NCBI RefSeq assembly: GCF_964355755.1
Contig: NC_092674.1
Location: 10,540,001 to 10,604,000 of the forward strand
Length of the DNA stretch: 64,000 nucleotides
Reading direction: 5' to 3'
DNA from: Antedon mediterranea
Lineage: Eukaryota > Animalia > Echinodermata
Part shown: in pieces, positions 30,940 to 45,488 of the stretch
How positions within the stretch are numbered: the stretch's first letter is position 1
Layout of the letters: every line of letters begins with the position of its first letter
The notes under the pieces: generated by a model
The model's database searches: none
What the model was told of the DNA's origin: nothing
What the model saw: the letters and a program-made list of their open reading frames with translations, nothing else
Position numbers and translations under genes: made by a program

Positions 30940-31626
30940 TCACATTGATAAGGTGTCTCCTGTGTGTATTCTCAAGTGCGTCTTCAAATTCCCTCTTACA
31001 TTAAATTTCTTTCCACAATGTTCACATTCATAAGGTTTCTCTCCTGTGTGTATTCTCAAATGATCTTTTAAAGTTCCATTTTGTTTAAATTTCTTTCCAC
31101 AATGTTCACATTCATAAGGTGTCTCTCCTGTGTGTACTCTCAAATGCATCTTTAAATTCCCATTGTGTTTAAATTTCTTTCCGCACAATTCACATTCATA
31201 TGGTGTCTCTCCTGTATGTACTCTCAAGTGCATCTTCAAACTCCCACTTTGGTTAAATTTCTTTCCACAATGTTCACATTGATAAGGTGTCTCTCCAGTG
31301 TGTATTCTCAAGTGCGTCTTCAAATTCCCTTTTACATTAAATTTCTTCCCACAATGTTCACATTTATATGGTGTCTCTCCTGTGTGTATTCTCAAATGAC
31401 CTTTCAAATGTCCACTTGTCTCTCCTGTGGGTGTTTTCAAATTCTTCCCGCAATGTTCGTTTGTTGGGTCTCCTTCTTTGTCTATTTTTACTAAATTTGT
31501 TTTAAAATCATCTTCACATAATCTTGTCTCGTTATAGTTTTCAAACTCTTTTGTATGTATTCCTAAATGCACCTTCAAATAAATTAACTCAAATTTATCT
31601 CCACAATGTTCACATTTGTATTCCAT
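30940..31626 (-). CDS. C2H2 zinc-finger protein, 228 aa, N-terminal block plus 5 canonical fingers
   Basis: ORF terminated by a 2-bp loss in the GAGAGA linker (TGDTLSM*). Degenerate fingers continue to ~30740. Confidence 0.8.
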   Translation of the reverse strand: MEYKCEHCGDKFELIYLKVHLGIHTKEFENYNETRLCEDDFKTNLVKIDKEGDPTNEHCGKNLKTPTGETSGHLKGHLRIHTGETPYKCEHCGKKFNVKGNLKTHLRIHTGETPYQCEHCGKKFNQSGSLKMHLRVHTGETPYECELCGKKFKHNGNLKMHLRVHTGETPYECEHCGKKFKQNGTLKDHLRIHTGEKPYECEHCGKKFNVRGNLKTHLRIHTGDTLSM

Positions 31627-33483
31627 GATGTTTTTCGTTCAATCTTGTAAAAACGTATAACTGCATTAACAGTATCTTTATTATTTTGTGTGAAGAGCTC
31701 AGTTATATACTGCAGTTTAACTGCTGGCTGGTTGTAAAGGCGGTAATCCTCCCGGGTCCGCAAAATGCGATCCACTTCGCGGACGTGCGCATTCCTTTGT
31801 ATTTTTGGGGAGCGGAAAATTATAGTGTAACTACCTCTTTATGACGGATAATTCGCGGCGTTCTAAAAATGGACATCAAAAAGAAATATTATTTTCTTTT
31901 CCCAATTATGCCCAATAATCCATGCCTCGGTCTTTTTTAAGGAGTCCTTGTATACTCGAAAAAGTAATGTTGGGGATAGATATTGTAGGTAGGTAGGTAA
32001 TCAATACAAATTCTCTAGTCCGATTGACAACGCAAAGTTGTATTTTTGTTTGAAGGTTAATAAAAAAGACTTTGAATAGGTCATTATTCTACTTTCGTAG
32101 AAAAAACTGTTTAAAAATCAATTTGTGACCTATAAAAAGACAAAATAAACCGTTAAATTCAACCAAAACCCATCAATTTGAGTATTTTTTGCTTTAAATT
32201 TCAAGGTACTATAAGTTTTTTCAGCTCAAATTGTTGGTCAAAGTGAATCCACTATTATGTGACATTAAAATTATTATAAAAAAAGGGGACAATCTATCTT
32301 TAATATCAAAAATACATTATTATTATTTAAATTTATTTATTAAAACAAACTTGTAGTGGCAGTAAAAGCTAAATTGTTACAATATTTATACAAAATATAA
32401 AATGAATTAAAAGTTAAAACAAACATATTTAAACATCAAGAATAAAAAAAAAATAAAAGCAGGTTTTCATTAGAACGTACAGTCAGCCTATTGCACGCAA
32501 GTTGTATAACATGAATGGAACATAAAAAAGGTAACAAGAACATCATATACATTGTATTCATACAAAAGTGACGGTAGTTCGCGGTGCAGCTGGGTTACAT
32601 TTTCCTCATATTACACAACCTTTCATTTTTTTTTTGTCTTGTGTGAGTTCTTCTCACGTTTATTTAAATTCTCATTGATGAATATATTATATACATATAA
32701 GTACATTTTGTGACAATTAAAAGTAAGTGTTTAGAGTAGTTAAAATACCGGTATATTTACATAATAAGATGCCAGAATTCATTATTAACCATATATTTTC
32801 TCATTTAAAATTTTAGATACGATGTTAATTAAAATGTAGAAATGAAAAATGGCGGTAAAATACATGATTAAAATTGTCTTGTTAAACTATCTTATTCGTG
32901 ATCTTATTTGTGTTCAAGTTTGTGTTCGAGTAGAGAGGCTATAAACTCAGGGGAGGAAAATGTAGTATCCTCCCTTTTCACCAAGATAAGATGGATGGTA
33001 TGAAAAAAAGAGGAATGCAGTAGGTTGAAAGTTAGTTATTTAGAATGATAGCATGAAATGGTATATTTAATGGAAACCGTAAGGTTAGAGTCCATACACG
33101 GTGCAAGTCCAAGATGCAATTTTGGCTCTGTGTGTATGTGAGACGCTTCATACCCGATGTCATCTTAGTACAACTACTACTTACAATTTGTATTTACGGT
33201 AAAACATATTATAGTAGTATAGAAGTATATATATTGAACAAATACACATACCTATAGATTAAATTGACATGTATACGATATAAAATAATGCAAATATAGA
33301 AAGATATATATGTTAAACAAATACCAATACATACAGATTATATTGACATGCTACATGTATTTGAACTATTGTCATCTTAAAAAGGTTTACTGTATGTGAT
33401 GCTTATAAACAGATTTTACGTTGATATGCAGGATTTGTGTCCATTATGATAAGGTAAGAAAGAAAAAGGAATCGATAAAATAA

Positions 33484-36400
33484 TTAAATTATTAACATCA
33501 AGTCTTTAGACAGTTTTAATAATTTATCTTTTAGGTTATTCGTCCATTTCTTCTGAGCCTTATGTAAATTATTCATAAATTCATTTGTTAATAAATGCTT
33601 TAATTCATAGTAAAATAATCTCCAAATTATTTTGATTCCTGATTTTGTTTCTTTTCTTTTCTTATTACTAAACACGATTTATAGATGCAAAAAGTAAATA
33701 TTGAAATAAGTTCATTTACAGTTTTCGTTTCCGATCCTTTAACAATATTACGCCAGGTTATATCAATTTTTTGTACAAAACAGTTTGAGATCAAAAACTT
33801 AAATACAATCCATATAGTCCGGTGGCAGGAGGGGGGATATCACCACCCGAAAGGGGACAAATTGCCATCCAACTTTTCTAGACCAGAATTTTCCGTAGAT
33901 TACGAATATGGAAGGTAATCGATCAGGATAGGAAGCGTTTCGAGATATAAGGGGTCAAAGTTCAAAATTGACCAATATAAAAACATGCTATATCTCTGGA
34001 AATTCTGGGCGTAGTGAGATAATTTTGGTGTCAAATTGTTCACAATGTATATGTTTATATTAGCTCTAACAGAAATTTCTTTGAAAAATTGACCGGAAAC
34101 CCCATTGTTAGCAATTTTGACCTTTGACCTCTTTTTGCTATATCCAAGTAACGGCAGGTCGGAGAGAATTAAAAATAGGAGCAAATTGTTCCCAAGATAT
34201 ACATTTATATTCAGTATAACAGATGATAATGCTTGAAAATGACCGGAAGTGTGGTTATTAACCTTTGACATAATTGAATAAAAACATAAATTAATAAATA
34301 TTTGTCGTAAGGAGCCAATTGTGGTGTCAAATTGTTCACAATATATATGTTTATACTTGCCATAATGAAACTCTTTTTCAAAAAGTGACTGAAACAGTAA
34401 TTTTAACCTTTGACCTGTTTTTCTCATCTAAATAACGACATGGCACAGAGATTTCTAACGGCAAATTGTTTATAATAGATATTTTTATTCAATCTAATAG
34501 ATTATACTGTTTGAAAAATACAAGTGTGATTATTGCCTTTAAATCCTGTACCTAAGAGCCTATCAGGGCGGATTTAATTCAAAGATGTGTGGAAGGGGAA
34601 TAATACTATTACTATACAGTACAATGTCTTTCAGAAATATTTGAGCAATTTCAATCAGGTATCCACGAATCTCCAATAAACGGAATGTACGGCTCATAGA
34701 GAATTCAGAAGTTACACTTGGTTCATTTTGGCAAATCCATATGGGTTCCTTTTAAAAGGATTGAGAGTGCACAGACAGGCTTTTCCCATGGCTTAATATT
34801 GGAACCTACAGTTTTAGTTACCCGATATATTTCTAACACAGTAACTTATGTAGCCAAATGCATTGATCCGATACAGGAGCCAAATGTAGAACTGAACATA
34901 CAGTAGAGAACCACAGAAGGGTTTAAATAGATGACCTGCTGTTGTTTCATTTTAGGCAAAATCCAAATCGGTTCCTTAAGGATCGAGAGTGCACAGGCAG
35001 CTTTATTCCATGTGCCTGTCTATATAAACCCACATTGTCATCCCTTATATTTCCATTATGAGGCTTAATGTCCATGGATGACCGTCCCTTGGGTTAACTT
35101 GGGATAAAACATAACATTTTGTCTTAAATGTAAGTTTTTATTTGGTTTTAAATGCAAATTGTGTGATTGGTTAATATTGACATTTGACCTTTAATTGCAA
35201 AGTATTTGTTTTATAAGGCGACTGAATAACACCATACAATACCTATAACCATACAAATATATTAAAAGACCAAATTGAACTTTAATAAACTGGTTATAAT
35301 ACATATGTATATAATACATTGTTATAATTGGTCAATTTTAAACTTTGACCCCTTATCTCTTCCTATTCGCTTCCTATCCTGATCGAAGTCTGATTTGATT
35401 AAATACAGTATTATAATTATATTAATCAAAATTATAATGAAATAACATAACTTTACTAATCAAATAATTTGATTACTTGTAAAACCATCAATATCATAGT
35501 TTGGACAACTTTGCATTTATTTGTTAACTAATACGCGTATTAAAATGTTGACCTTTGACCTTATGTCAACTGATGAAATTGACCTTATGTCAACTGATGA
35601 AATGATGTATTCGCTCTTTTACATTGCGTATGATTGATTAACAGAATGAGAAAACATCCAATTTTGATTAAATATTAGTTTTTATTTGGTTTTATAGGTA
35701 CGTTCTATGATTGGTCAATATTGACATTTGACCCTTAATCACAAAGGATTTTTTTTTTCATAAGGTGATTGAATAGACACTTATAATCATAAAAATGTAA
35801 TAAAAGACCAAATTGTGCTTCAATAAATTTGTTATAATACATATACATAATACATTGTTGTAATTGGTCAATTTTGAACTTTGACCCCTTATATCTCGAA
35901 AACGCTTCCTATCCTGATCGATTACCTTCCATATTCGTAATCTACGGAAAATTCTAGTCTAGAAAAGTTGGATGGCAATTTGTCCCCTTTCGGGTGGTGA
36001 TTCCCCCCTCCTGCCACCGGACTAATATGGGTTTAATCTTATTACATGAAAATAACAAATGTTTTTCATTTTCAATTTCACTATTACATCTTTCACATAT
36101 GTCATTTATTGAAAGTTTCCAAATTTTTAACTTACTTTTACACGCAAGAATACGATGTAGTAGTTTGAAATTGAATTGCGCGACTTTTGTGATATGTGTC
36201 ATAGAAAACACCTTGTTATACCATACGGTATCCCATGCAAAAGTGTAATTTTGAAATTCTATCTCCCATTTTTCTTGTGTTATAGGAGTTGATATTATAT
36301 TTTCCACAAATAAATTATAAAATAGTTTTGCATTAAGTTGTTTTGTATGAAGCTAAAAGCAATCGGTGTTTGTTTGATTATTTACATGTTCACCATTCAA

Positions 36401-38194
36401 AATAATTTCCTTCCATGATTGTGGTATAGCATTCATTAGCCCTATATATTCAATTAATCCATTTTGTTTCTGTGATAGTAATGGTAACACTTCATTCATT
36501 GGTAATAATATATTCTCCTTAATTATGTCATTCATTGTTCTAAAGCCTGCATCAAGCCAAACTTTGAAATAGATTGACTTTCCATTTAACTGTATACATT
36601 TATTTTCCCACAATTGTTGGTTTTTAACGTCTTCAATGTTTTGTGGGTCAGACCAGTTAAAGTTGTTAATATTAACTATAGCAATTATCATTTCTCTATA
36701 GAAAACAGGCAATAGTTTTAGATCAGAATGCTCTTCATTGTTAATTTGAGTGATATTAACAGTATACTTAATAGGGTGCATAAAATAACTCGGTATACAT
36801 TTCCATTTTCCTGGATCTGGGCTAAGGAGTCGCTTAACCCAGTTTAACTTCAATGCTTTGACTTTTGCATTCAAATTAATCATATTTAAACCACCTTTAT
36901 CTGTTTTTCTATTGAGTGTGGTTCTTTTAATCTTTTCTCGTCTACCACTCCACATAAAACTATATATTATCTTTTCCACCTTGGGCAAGATATATTTTGG
37001 TACGGTTATAATGCTAGCATTGTATATTAGTTTAGATATGGCTAGGGTTTTAATTATAATAATTTTTCCAAAGAACGTAAGATTTCTTCTTTTCCATAAT
37101 CTTAAGATATTTTCTAAAGAAATAATCTTATCGTCCCAGTTTTTCTTTTCACATAATTTGTTATCGTATCCAACATAAATTCCTAGAAACTTTACAGGTT
37201 TCTTTGTCCATGCAATATTACATGGTTCTGACATATTATGTTTACTCGCACCAATCCACATACCATTTGTTTTTCCTTTGTTCAATCTTAAACCTGATAT
37301 TCTACAGAATAGCTCAATCTCATGTAAAAAGCAGATTAACGATTCTTTATCTTTTGTAAAGATGATAGTATCGTCTGCAAGCTGAGCTATCTTAACAGTA
37401 CATTCTTCATCATTTATTTTTGGCAATTCAATTCCTTTACATAGGGGATTGTTCCGTATGTTACAGGCCATCAATTCAACTACCAATATAAATAACAAGG
37501 CCGATAAAGGACACCCTTGTCTTATTCCACGTTCCATATTAATGCTTTCCGACATCCAACCATTATTTACCATTATACTTTCTGTATCAGTATATATTAC
37601 TTTAATCCATTTAATAAAAGAAGGACCAAATCCAAATTTTGTTAGCGTTTTTAACATTAAATTTCTGTTTACCGAATCAAACGCTTTTGCAAAATCCAGG
37701 AAAATTAAGGCGCCGGGTTTGTTTTTGATATTAGTAAAATAAAGTATATCTTCTACAAGTCTTATGTTTTCACCACCAAATCTTCCAGTAATGTAACCTT
37801 TTTGATCAGAATGTATAATAGTTGATATTACTTTTTGTAATCTGATTGATAGAACATGAGCTAATATCTTATAATCTACATTAATGAGTGTGATAGGTCG
37901 CCAGTTTTCTAACTTCTCTCTTTGTCCACTTTTGAAAAGTAATTGAATTATACCTCTCCTTTGTGAATTTGAAAGTATGTTGTTGTGATAATTATAGTTC
38001 AGAGCTGTACACAGCATTTCTTTTATATGGTCCCAAAACTTTCTGTAAAATTCAACACTCAAGCCATCAGATCCTGGGCTTTTATTAAGGTGCATTTTTA
38101 AAACAGCATTTGTGCATTCATCAACTGATAATAATCCCTCACATTTAGTATAGTCATCAATTGAAAGTTTGCTTACATTTGATCTGTGTAAGTA
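33484..38194 (-). pseudogene. LINE ORF2 (reverse transcriptase plus CCHC zinc knuckle), disrupted
   Basis: 580-aa ORF at 36353-38095 (KSPGSDG, DFAKAFD, RGIRQGCPLS, QLADDT) with an in-frame stop at 36353, then CERCNSEIENEKHLLFSC. Removing the 33815-36024 insert and one ATA restores KIKPIWIVFKFL. Confidence 0.92.
33815..36024. mobile_element. Non-autonomous Academ-type DNA transposon, ~160-bp TIRs, 3-bp TSD ATA, nested in the LINE ORF2
   Basis: Ends tagtccggtggcaggagggggga... and ...tcccccctcctgccaccggacta, with ata on both sides and TAG...CTA termini. Internal motifs (ttggtgtcaaattgttcaca, tgaccggaa, ttgacctttgacct) are shared with the 10653 element. Confidence 0.9.
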
Positions 38195-38860
38195 CTTTCA
38201 TGCTGCAGGGTAAGTAAGATATAATGGCATGGGGTCAACGGGTTATTTAATTTACTTGCAAAGTCATAGCATTAGCTTTGGCCGTCGTTAAGCCAGGGAC
38301 ATGGTAATACATTGAAAAGACACTAATTATGTGCATGAATTAGCCAGTGGTGCTAAAACCTTTGACCGCTGGACTTATTGTAGTTTACCAAGGAATATAC
38401 AATGTTGGGGATTCTCAACATATCGTCATTCACGTGAAGTTGTGCAACTAATTTCCATGACGTTTACAATTGCGCAACGTGACTCTTATTAAACTGTTAA
38501 ACCTTAAATGAATCGGGTATATTCTACTTTACTTCCAGAGAGGACAAACAAGTGAGATGTATTGGATAAGTTAAACAAAAGTTAAATAAAACCAAGAGTA
38601 ACTATTACTTATATCTAAAACATATCCGATGTAAAACTAATTACAATAGTGAAACAGTAACAATTACTTCTGCAAAAAGAAATCATATACATGTTTGTTT
38701 GATAAAGGGGGTCTTAAGGTTTGATTTTAAAAAGAATTTGCAGATTTAAGTTTAGAAGTTGGTTACAAAGAAATTGAACAGCAAGCATATTATGTGAGGT
38801 ACAAGTAATGGTATGTAGAGGCTGTATTCTAAATATAGGTACACAGTTTTAATGAATGTA

Positions 38861-39052
38861 AAAGGTGAGTCCCGTGTTCTCTGAACGTAGGGGAATGAGC
38901 TGTTAGGAGCTCATTGTACTAAGCCTCGGCATTATGTGGTAGGGTGGCCAGTTCCTTTCCACGCCGCCTTTTTTCTCCCTAGTATTTTCAACCAGGTACT
39001 CATTTACAGCTGAGTGGACTGGGAGTTGTCGGGAATTGAACCCGGGTCTATC
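38861..39052 (-). mobile_element. Second copy of the Deu/Nin-like SINE at the homologous site
   Basis: Same sequence, truncation point and TSD as 22073-22264. Confidence 0.8.
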
Positions 39053-39159
39053 TTAATGAATGTACATTATTATAAATGAAAATACAGTATTTCTAGTGCA
39101 GTGTTCTAAATGTATGCATAGTACTGTATCTAAATGTATTTACAGTACAGTATTCTAAA

Positions 39160-40061
39160 TTTCTTTAAATTCTTTCCCACAATGTTCACAATGCTTACAT
39201 TTTCATAAGGTCTCTCCCGTGTGTATTCTCAAACGATTTTCAAATTGTTATTCGGTTAAATTTCTTTCCACAATGTTCACATTCAACTAAAGGTGTCTCT
39301 CCAGTATGTATTTTTAAGTGCATCTTTAAACTCTCACTTTGGTTAAATTTCTTTCCACACTTTTCACATTCATATGGTGTCTCTCCTGTGTGTACTCTTA
39401 AGTGCGTTTTCAAATGGCTATTCTTATAAAATTTCTTTCCACAATGTTCCCATTCATATGGTGTCTTTCCTGTGTGTACTCTCAAATGCGTCTTCAAACT
39501 CCCATTTTGTTTAAATTTCTTCCCACAATGTTCGCATTTCATATGGTGTCTCTCGTGTGTGTATTCTCAAATGCATCTTCAAATTCCCATTTAGTTTAAA
39601 TTTCTTCCCACAATGTTCGCATTCATATGGTGTCTCTCGTGTGTGTATTCTCAAATGCATCTTCAAATTCCCATTTAGTTTAAATTTCTTCCCACAATGT
39701 TCGCATTCATATGGTGTCTCTCGTGTGTGTATATTCTCAAATGCATCTTCAAATTCCCATTTAGTTTAAATTTCTTTCCACAATGTTCACATTCATAAGG
39801 TGTCTCTCTTGTGTTTATTCTCAAATGATCTTTCAAATGCCTACTTGTCTCTCCTGTGGGTGTTTTCAAATTCTTCCCGCAATGTTCATTTTCGTTTGTT
39901 GGGTCTTCTTCTTTGTCTATTCTCACTAAATTTGTTTTAAAATCATCTTCACATAATCTTGTCTCGTTGTAGTTTTCACACTCTTTTGTATGTATTCCTA
40001 AATGCACCTTCAAATAAAATAACTCAAATTTATCTCCACAATGTTCACATTTGTATTCCAT
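39160..40061 (-). pseudogene. Frameshifted zinc-finger paralogue
   Basis: [12 protein letters not shown] start at 40061. A 2-bp insertion at ~39730 shifts the frame after the first canonical finger (RIYTHERHHM). Further lesions lie downstream (ECE to EWE, indel at ~39537). Confidence 0.85.
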
Positions 40062-41701
40062 GATGTTTTTCGTTCTTGTAAAAACGTATAACTGCATTAA
40101 CAGTATCTTTATTATTTTGTGTGAAGAGCTCAGTTATTTACTGCAGTTTAACTGCTGGCTGGTTGTAAAGGCGGTAATCCTCCCGGGTCCGCAAAATGCG
40201 ATCCACTTCGCGGATGTGCGCATTCCTTTGTATTTTTGGGGAGCGGAAAATTATAGTGTAACTACCTCTTTATGACGGATAATTCGCGGCGTTCTAAAAA
40301 TGGACATCAAAAAGGAATATTATTTTCTTTTCCCAATTATGCCCAATAATCCATGCCTCGGTCTTTTTTAAGGAGTCCTTGTATACTCGAAAAAGTAATG
40401 TTGGGGATAGATATTGTAGGTAGGTAGGTATTGTAATCAATAAAAATTCTCTAGTCCGATTGACAACGCAAAGTTCTATTTTTGTTTGAAGGTTAATAAA
40501 AAAGATTTTGAATAGGTCACTATTCTACTTTCGTTAAAAAAAAATGTAAAAAATCAATTTGTGACTTATAACAAAAACAAATAAACCGTTACATTCAACC
40601 AAAAACCCAAGCCCATCAATTTGAGTATTTTTTTGCTTTAAATTATAGTTTTTATTCAGGTACTATAAGTTTTTTCAGCTCACATTTTTGGTCAAACTGA
40701 ATCCACTATTATGTGACATTAAAAGGGCATACGCCCTATTAAATATAAAAAAAAGTATAGGCTAAAACATTATTTTTCAGGACAATATATCTTTAATACA
40801 AAAAATACATTATTATTATTTAAAGTTCATTTATTAAAACAAACTTGTAGTGGCAGCAAAAGCTAAATTGTTACAATATTTATAAAATATATAAAATGAA
40901 TTAAAAATATTAAAAGTTATAACAAACATCAAAAACATATTTAAACATTAAGAATAACAAAAATTAAAGGCTGGTTTTAATTAGAATGTACAGTCAGCCT
41001 ATTGCACGCAAGTTGTATAACATGAATGGAACATAAAAAAGGTAACAAGAACATCATAGACATTGTATTCCTACAAAAGTGACGGTAGTTCGCGGTGCAG
41101 CTGGGTTACATTTTCCTCATATTACACAACCTTTCATGCTGCAGGGTAAGTAAGATATAATGGCATGAGGTCAAGGGGTTATTTAATTTACTTGCAAAAT
41201 CATAGCATTAGCTTTGGCCGTCGTTAAGCCAGGGACATGGTAATATATTGAAAAGACACTAATTATGTGCATGAATTAGCCAATGGTGCTAAAACCTTTG
41301 ACCGCTTGACTTATTGTAGTTTACCAAGGAATATACAATGTTGGGGATTCTCAACATATCGTCATTCACGTGAAGTTGTGCAACTAATTTTTATGACGTT
41401 TACAATTGCACAACGTGACTCTTAAACCTTAAAAGAATCGGGTATATTCAACTTTACTTCCAGAGAGGACAAAACAAGTTAGACGCATGGATTGAAACTA
41501 TTATTATTACTATTAATAATACTTACTGTTATTCTGTATAGAAAACTTACTAGCATATTATTAAATAAAACCAATAGTAACTATTACTTATATCTATAAC
41601 ATATCATACATACTACGGTAACTAGCGAAAACAAGAACAATTACTTCTGCAAAAAGAAAGCATATACATGTTGGTTTGATAAATGTGTACAGTACAGTAT
41701 T

Positions 41702-42469
41702 CTAAATCTCTTCTGTGTGTACTCTCAAGTGCCTTTTCAAACTCCCATTTTGTTTAAATTTCTTCCCACAATGTTCGCATTCATATGGTGTCTCTCGTGT
41801 GTGTATTCTCAAATGCATCTTCAAATTCCCATTTAGTTTAAATTTCTTCCCACAATGTTCGCATTCATATGGTGTCTCTCGTGTGTGTATTCTCAAATGC
41901 ATCTTCAAATTCCCATTTTGTTTAAATTTCTTTCCACAATGTTCACATTCAAAAGGTGTCTCTCCTGTATGTACTCTTAAGTGCCTTTTCAAATGGCTAT
42001 TCTTATAAAATTTCTTTCCACAATGTTCACATTCAAAAGGTGTTTCTCCTGTATGTATTCTCAAATGCATTTTCAAATGCCCATTTCGTTTAAATTTCTT
42101 TCCACAATGTTCGCATTCATATGGTGTCTCTCGTGTGTGTATTCTCAAATGCATCTTCAAATTCCCATTTTGTTTAAATTTCTTTCCACAATGTTCACAT
42201 TCATAAGGTGTCTCTCTTGTGTCTATTCTCAAATGATCTTTCAAATGCTTACTTGTCTCTCCTGTGGGTGTTTTCAAATTCTTCCCGCAATGTTCATTTT
42301 CGTTTGTTGAGTCTTCTTCTTTGTATATTCTCACTACATTTGTTTTAAAATCATCTTCACATAATCTTGTCTCGTTGTAGTTTTCACACTCTTTTGTATG
42401 TATTCCTAAATGCACCTTCAAATAAATTAACTCAAATTTATCTCCACAATGTTCACATTTGTATTCCAT
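41702..42469 (-). CDS. C2H2 zinc-finger protein, 255 aa, N-terminal block plus 6 canonical fingers
   Basis: Intact ORF ending HTEEI*, with TRETP linker variants. Confidence 0.85.
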   Translation of the reverse strand: MEYKCEHCGDKFELIYLKVHLGIHTKECENYNETRLCEDDFKTNVVRIYKEEDSTNENEHCGKNLKTPTGETSKHLKDHLRIDTRETPYECEHCGKKFKQNGNLKMHLRIHTRETPYECEHCGKKFKRNGHLKMHLRIHTGETPFECEHCGKKFYKNSHLKRHLRVHTGETPFECEHCGKKFKQNGNLKMHLRIHTRETPYECEHCGKKFKLNGNLKMHLRIHTRETPYECEHCGKKFKQNGSLKRHLRVHTEEI

Positions 42470-44329
42470 GATGTTTTTCGTTCAATCTTGTAAAAACGTA
42501 TAACTGCATTAACAGTATCTTTATTATTTTGTGTGAAGAGCTCAGTTATATAGGCCTACTGCAGTTTAACTGATGGCTGGTTGTAAAGGCGGGAATCCTC
42601 CTGGGTCCGCAAAATACAATCCCCTTCGCGGACGTGCGGCATTCCTCCCTTTGTATTTTTGTGGTGCGGAAAAATATAGCGTGACTATCTCTTCATGACG
42701 GATAATTCGCAGCGTTCGATTGACAACACAAGGTTGTATTTTTGTTTGAAGGTTAATAAAAAAAATACTTGGAATAGGTAATTATTCTACTTTCGTAGAA
42801 AAAAAAACTGTTAAAAATAAATTTGTGACTTTTAAAAAGACAAAATAAACCGTTAAATTCAACCAAAAACCCATCTATTTTAGTATTTTGTTGCTTTAAA
42901 CTATAGTTTTTTTCAGGTACTAGGCCTATAACATTTTTCAGCTCAAATTTTTGGTCAAAGTGAATCCACTATTATGTGACATTAAAATGGCATAAGCCTT
43001 ATTATAAAAAAAGTAGACAAGAAAGTGCTATGACTCTTATATTGTATTGAACACTAATTATGTCACATTAAGTAGGGATAGGACTGTCTCACAATTTGTT
43101 GGTCCTGTATTTATTTTTCAGCTGGGTTAATTTTTTCTCATATTATACAACGTTTCATGCGGTGGGGTTTGTAAGAGATAATGGCATGGGGACAACAGGT
43201 TATTTAATTTACTTGCAAAGTCATAGCATTAGCTTTGGCCGTCGTTAGGCCAGGGACATTGTTTCTTGGTAATATATTGAAAAGACACTAATTCCCCACC
43301 CCGTCCTAATGTTGGGTCTTATCTCAAATATTTAAATTTGTTGATGACATTCACACATGTATCACAGGCACAATCTCAAATAATTATGAGAGCACTTACA
43401 GGATTGGTGATCACAACTTAATTAATTGGTGCATGGAGTAATAATTATTACTCCATGATTGCTGTGATAGAAATTGTCTGAAGATAAATGGATAGATGAG
43501 AAAATGTCATAGCATACTAACATGTATGCGAAAGCCAACCAAAGACTGTACTTTTTTAAATATAAAATTAACTGTGCAACTTTTATTAATTAGGAGGCAA
43601 ACAATGTGCATACATTAGCCAGTGGTGCTAAAACCTGACTACTGGACTTATCGCAGTTTACCAAACAGTAACGATGTTGAGGGTTCTTAACATATCGTCA
43701 TTCACGTGAGGTTGCTAACATTTTCATGACGTTTACAATTGCGCAACGTGACTATTTGAGTATATTCTACTTTACTTCCGGAGAGGACAAAACAAGTGAG
43801 ACGCATTGGATTGAAACTATTAACAACATTTTCATTTAATATCAAATTATAAAATAATGTACAGTAGTTTCAACATCATCTGACATGTATAGGAAACTTA
43901 CTAGCATATTCTATTTAAAAATTAAATAAAAGATAAAAAAACCAAGAGTAACTATTACTTAATATCTATAACATATCCGATGGAAAACTAATTACAATAG
44001 TGAAACAAGAACAATAACTTCTGCAATTAAGATTTGATTTTAAAAAGAATTTGCAGATTTAAGTTTAGAAGTTGGTTAAAAATAAATTGAACAGCAAGCA
44101 TAATATGTAAGGTACAACAAATGTATGTACAGGCTGTATTCTAAATGTAAACACAACATTCTAACTTTCACAGCGTTCTAATATTTACAGTATTCTAAAT
44201 ACATATACACAGTTTTAATGAATGTACATTATTATAAAGAAATGTACAGTATTTCTAGTACAAGTAATGTACAGTGTTCTAAATGTATGCATAGTACTGT
44301 ATTCTAAATGTATTTACAGTACAGTATTC

Positions 44330-45132
<803 letters not shown>

Positions 45133-45488
45133 GATGTTTTTCGCACAAGCAGCATTTCTTTGTATCTTTGGGGTTAAACAGGGTTATATCGGGTGGTTAA
45201 AATCAGTAACGAAAGTATGAACCAACTTTATATACCATCGAGTAAACATTGTAGAAGTAACGCCAATTTACCGAATTTTGCTCTTACGTAAATTTATATA
45301 TAGATTCGTACATTTCAATGTACATAATATACAAAATATAACCACAACAACTTATTATACAACTTGTTTACAAATATCAAAAATATATTTCTTGGTGATA
45401 GTGAGTTGTTTCTCCTGTATGTAGGCCTATTGTCAGATGCGTTATCAAATCGCCTTTTTGTTTAAATTGCTTTCCACAATGTTCACAT

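Larger units (their letters stand above)
32627..38194 (-). mobile_element. 5'-truncated Tx1/L1-like LINE with poly(A), 7-bp TSD CTTTCAT and a long 3'UTR
   Basis: TSD at 32620-32626 and 38195-38201; poly-T at 32627-32635. The empty site caacctttcatgc is seen in paralogous spacers (~980, ~41128). Confidence 0.95.

Noticed and set aside
33900-34427. 175-aa ORF inside the Academ-type MITE
   Set aside because: It spans TIR and subterminal repeats and has no transposase motifs.
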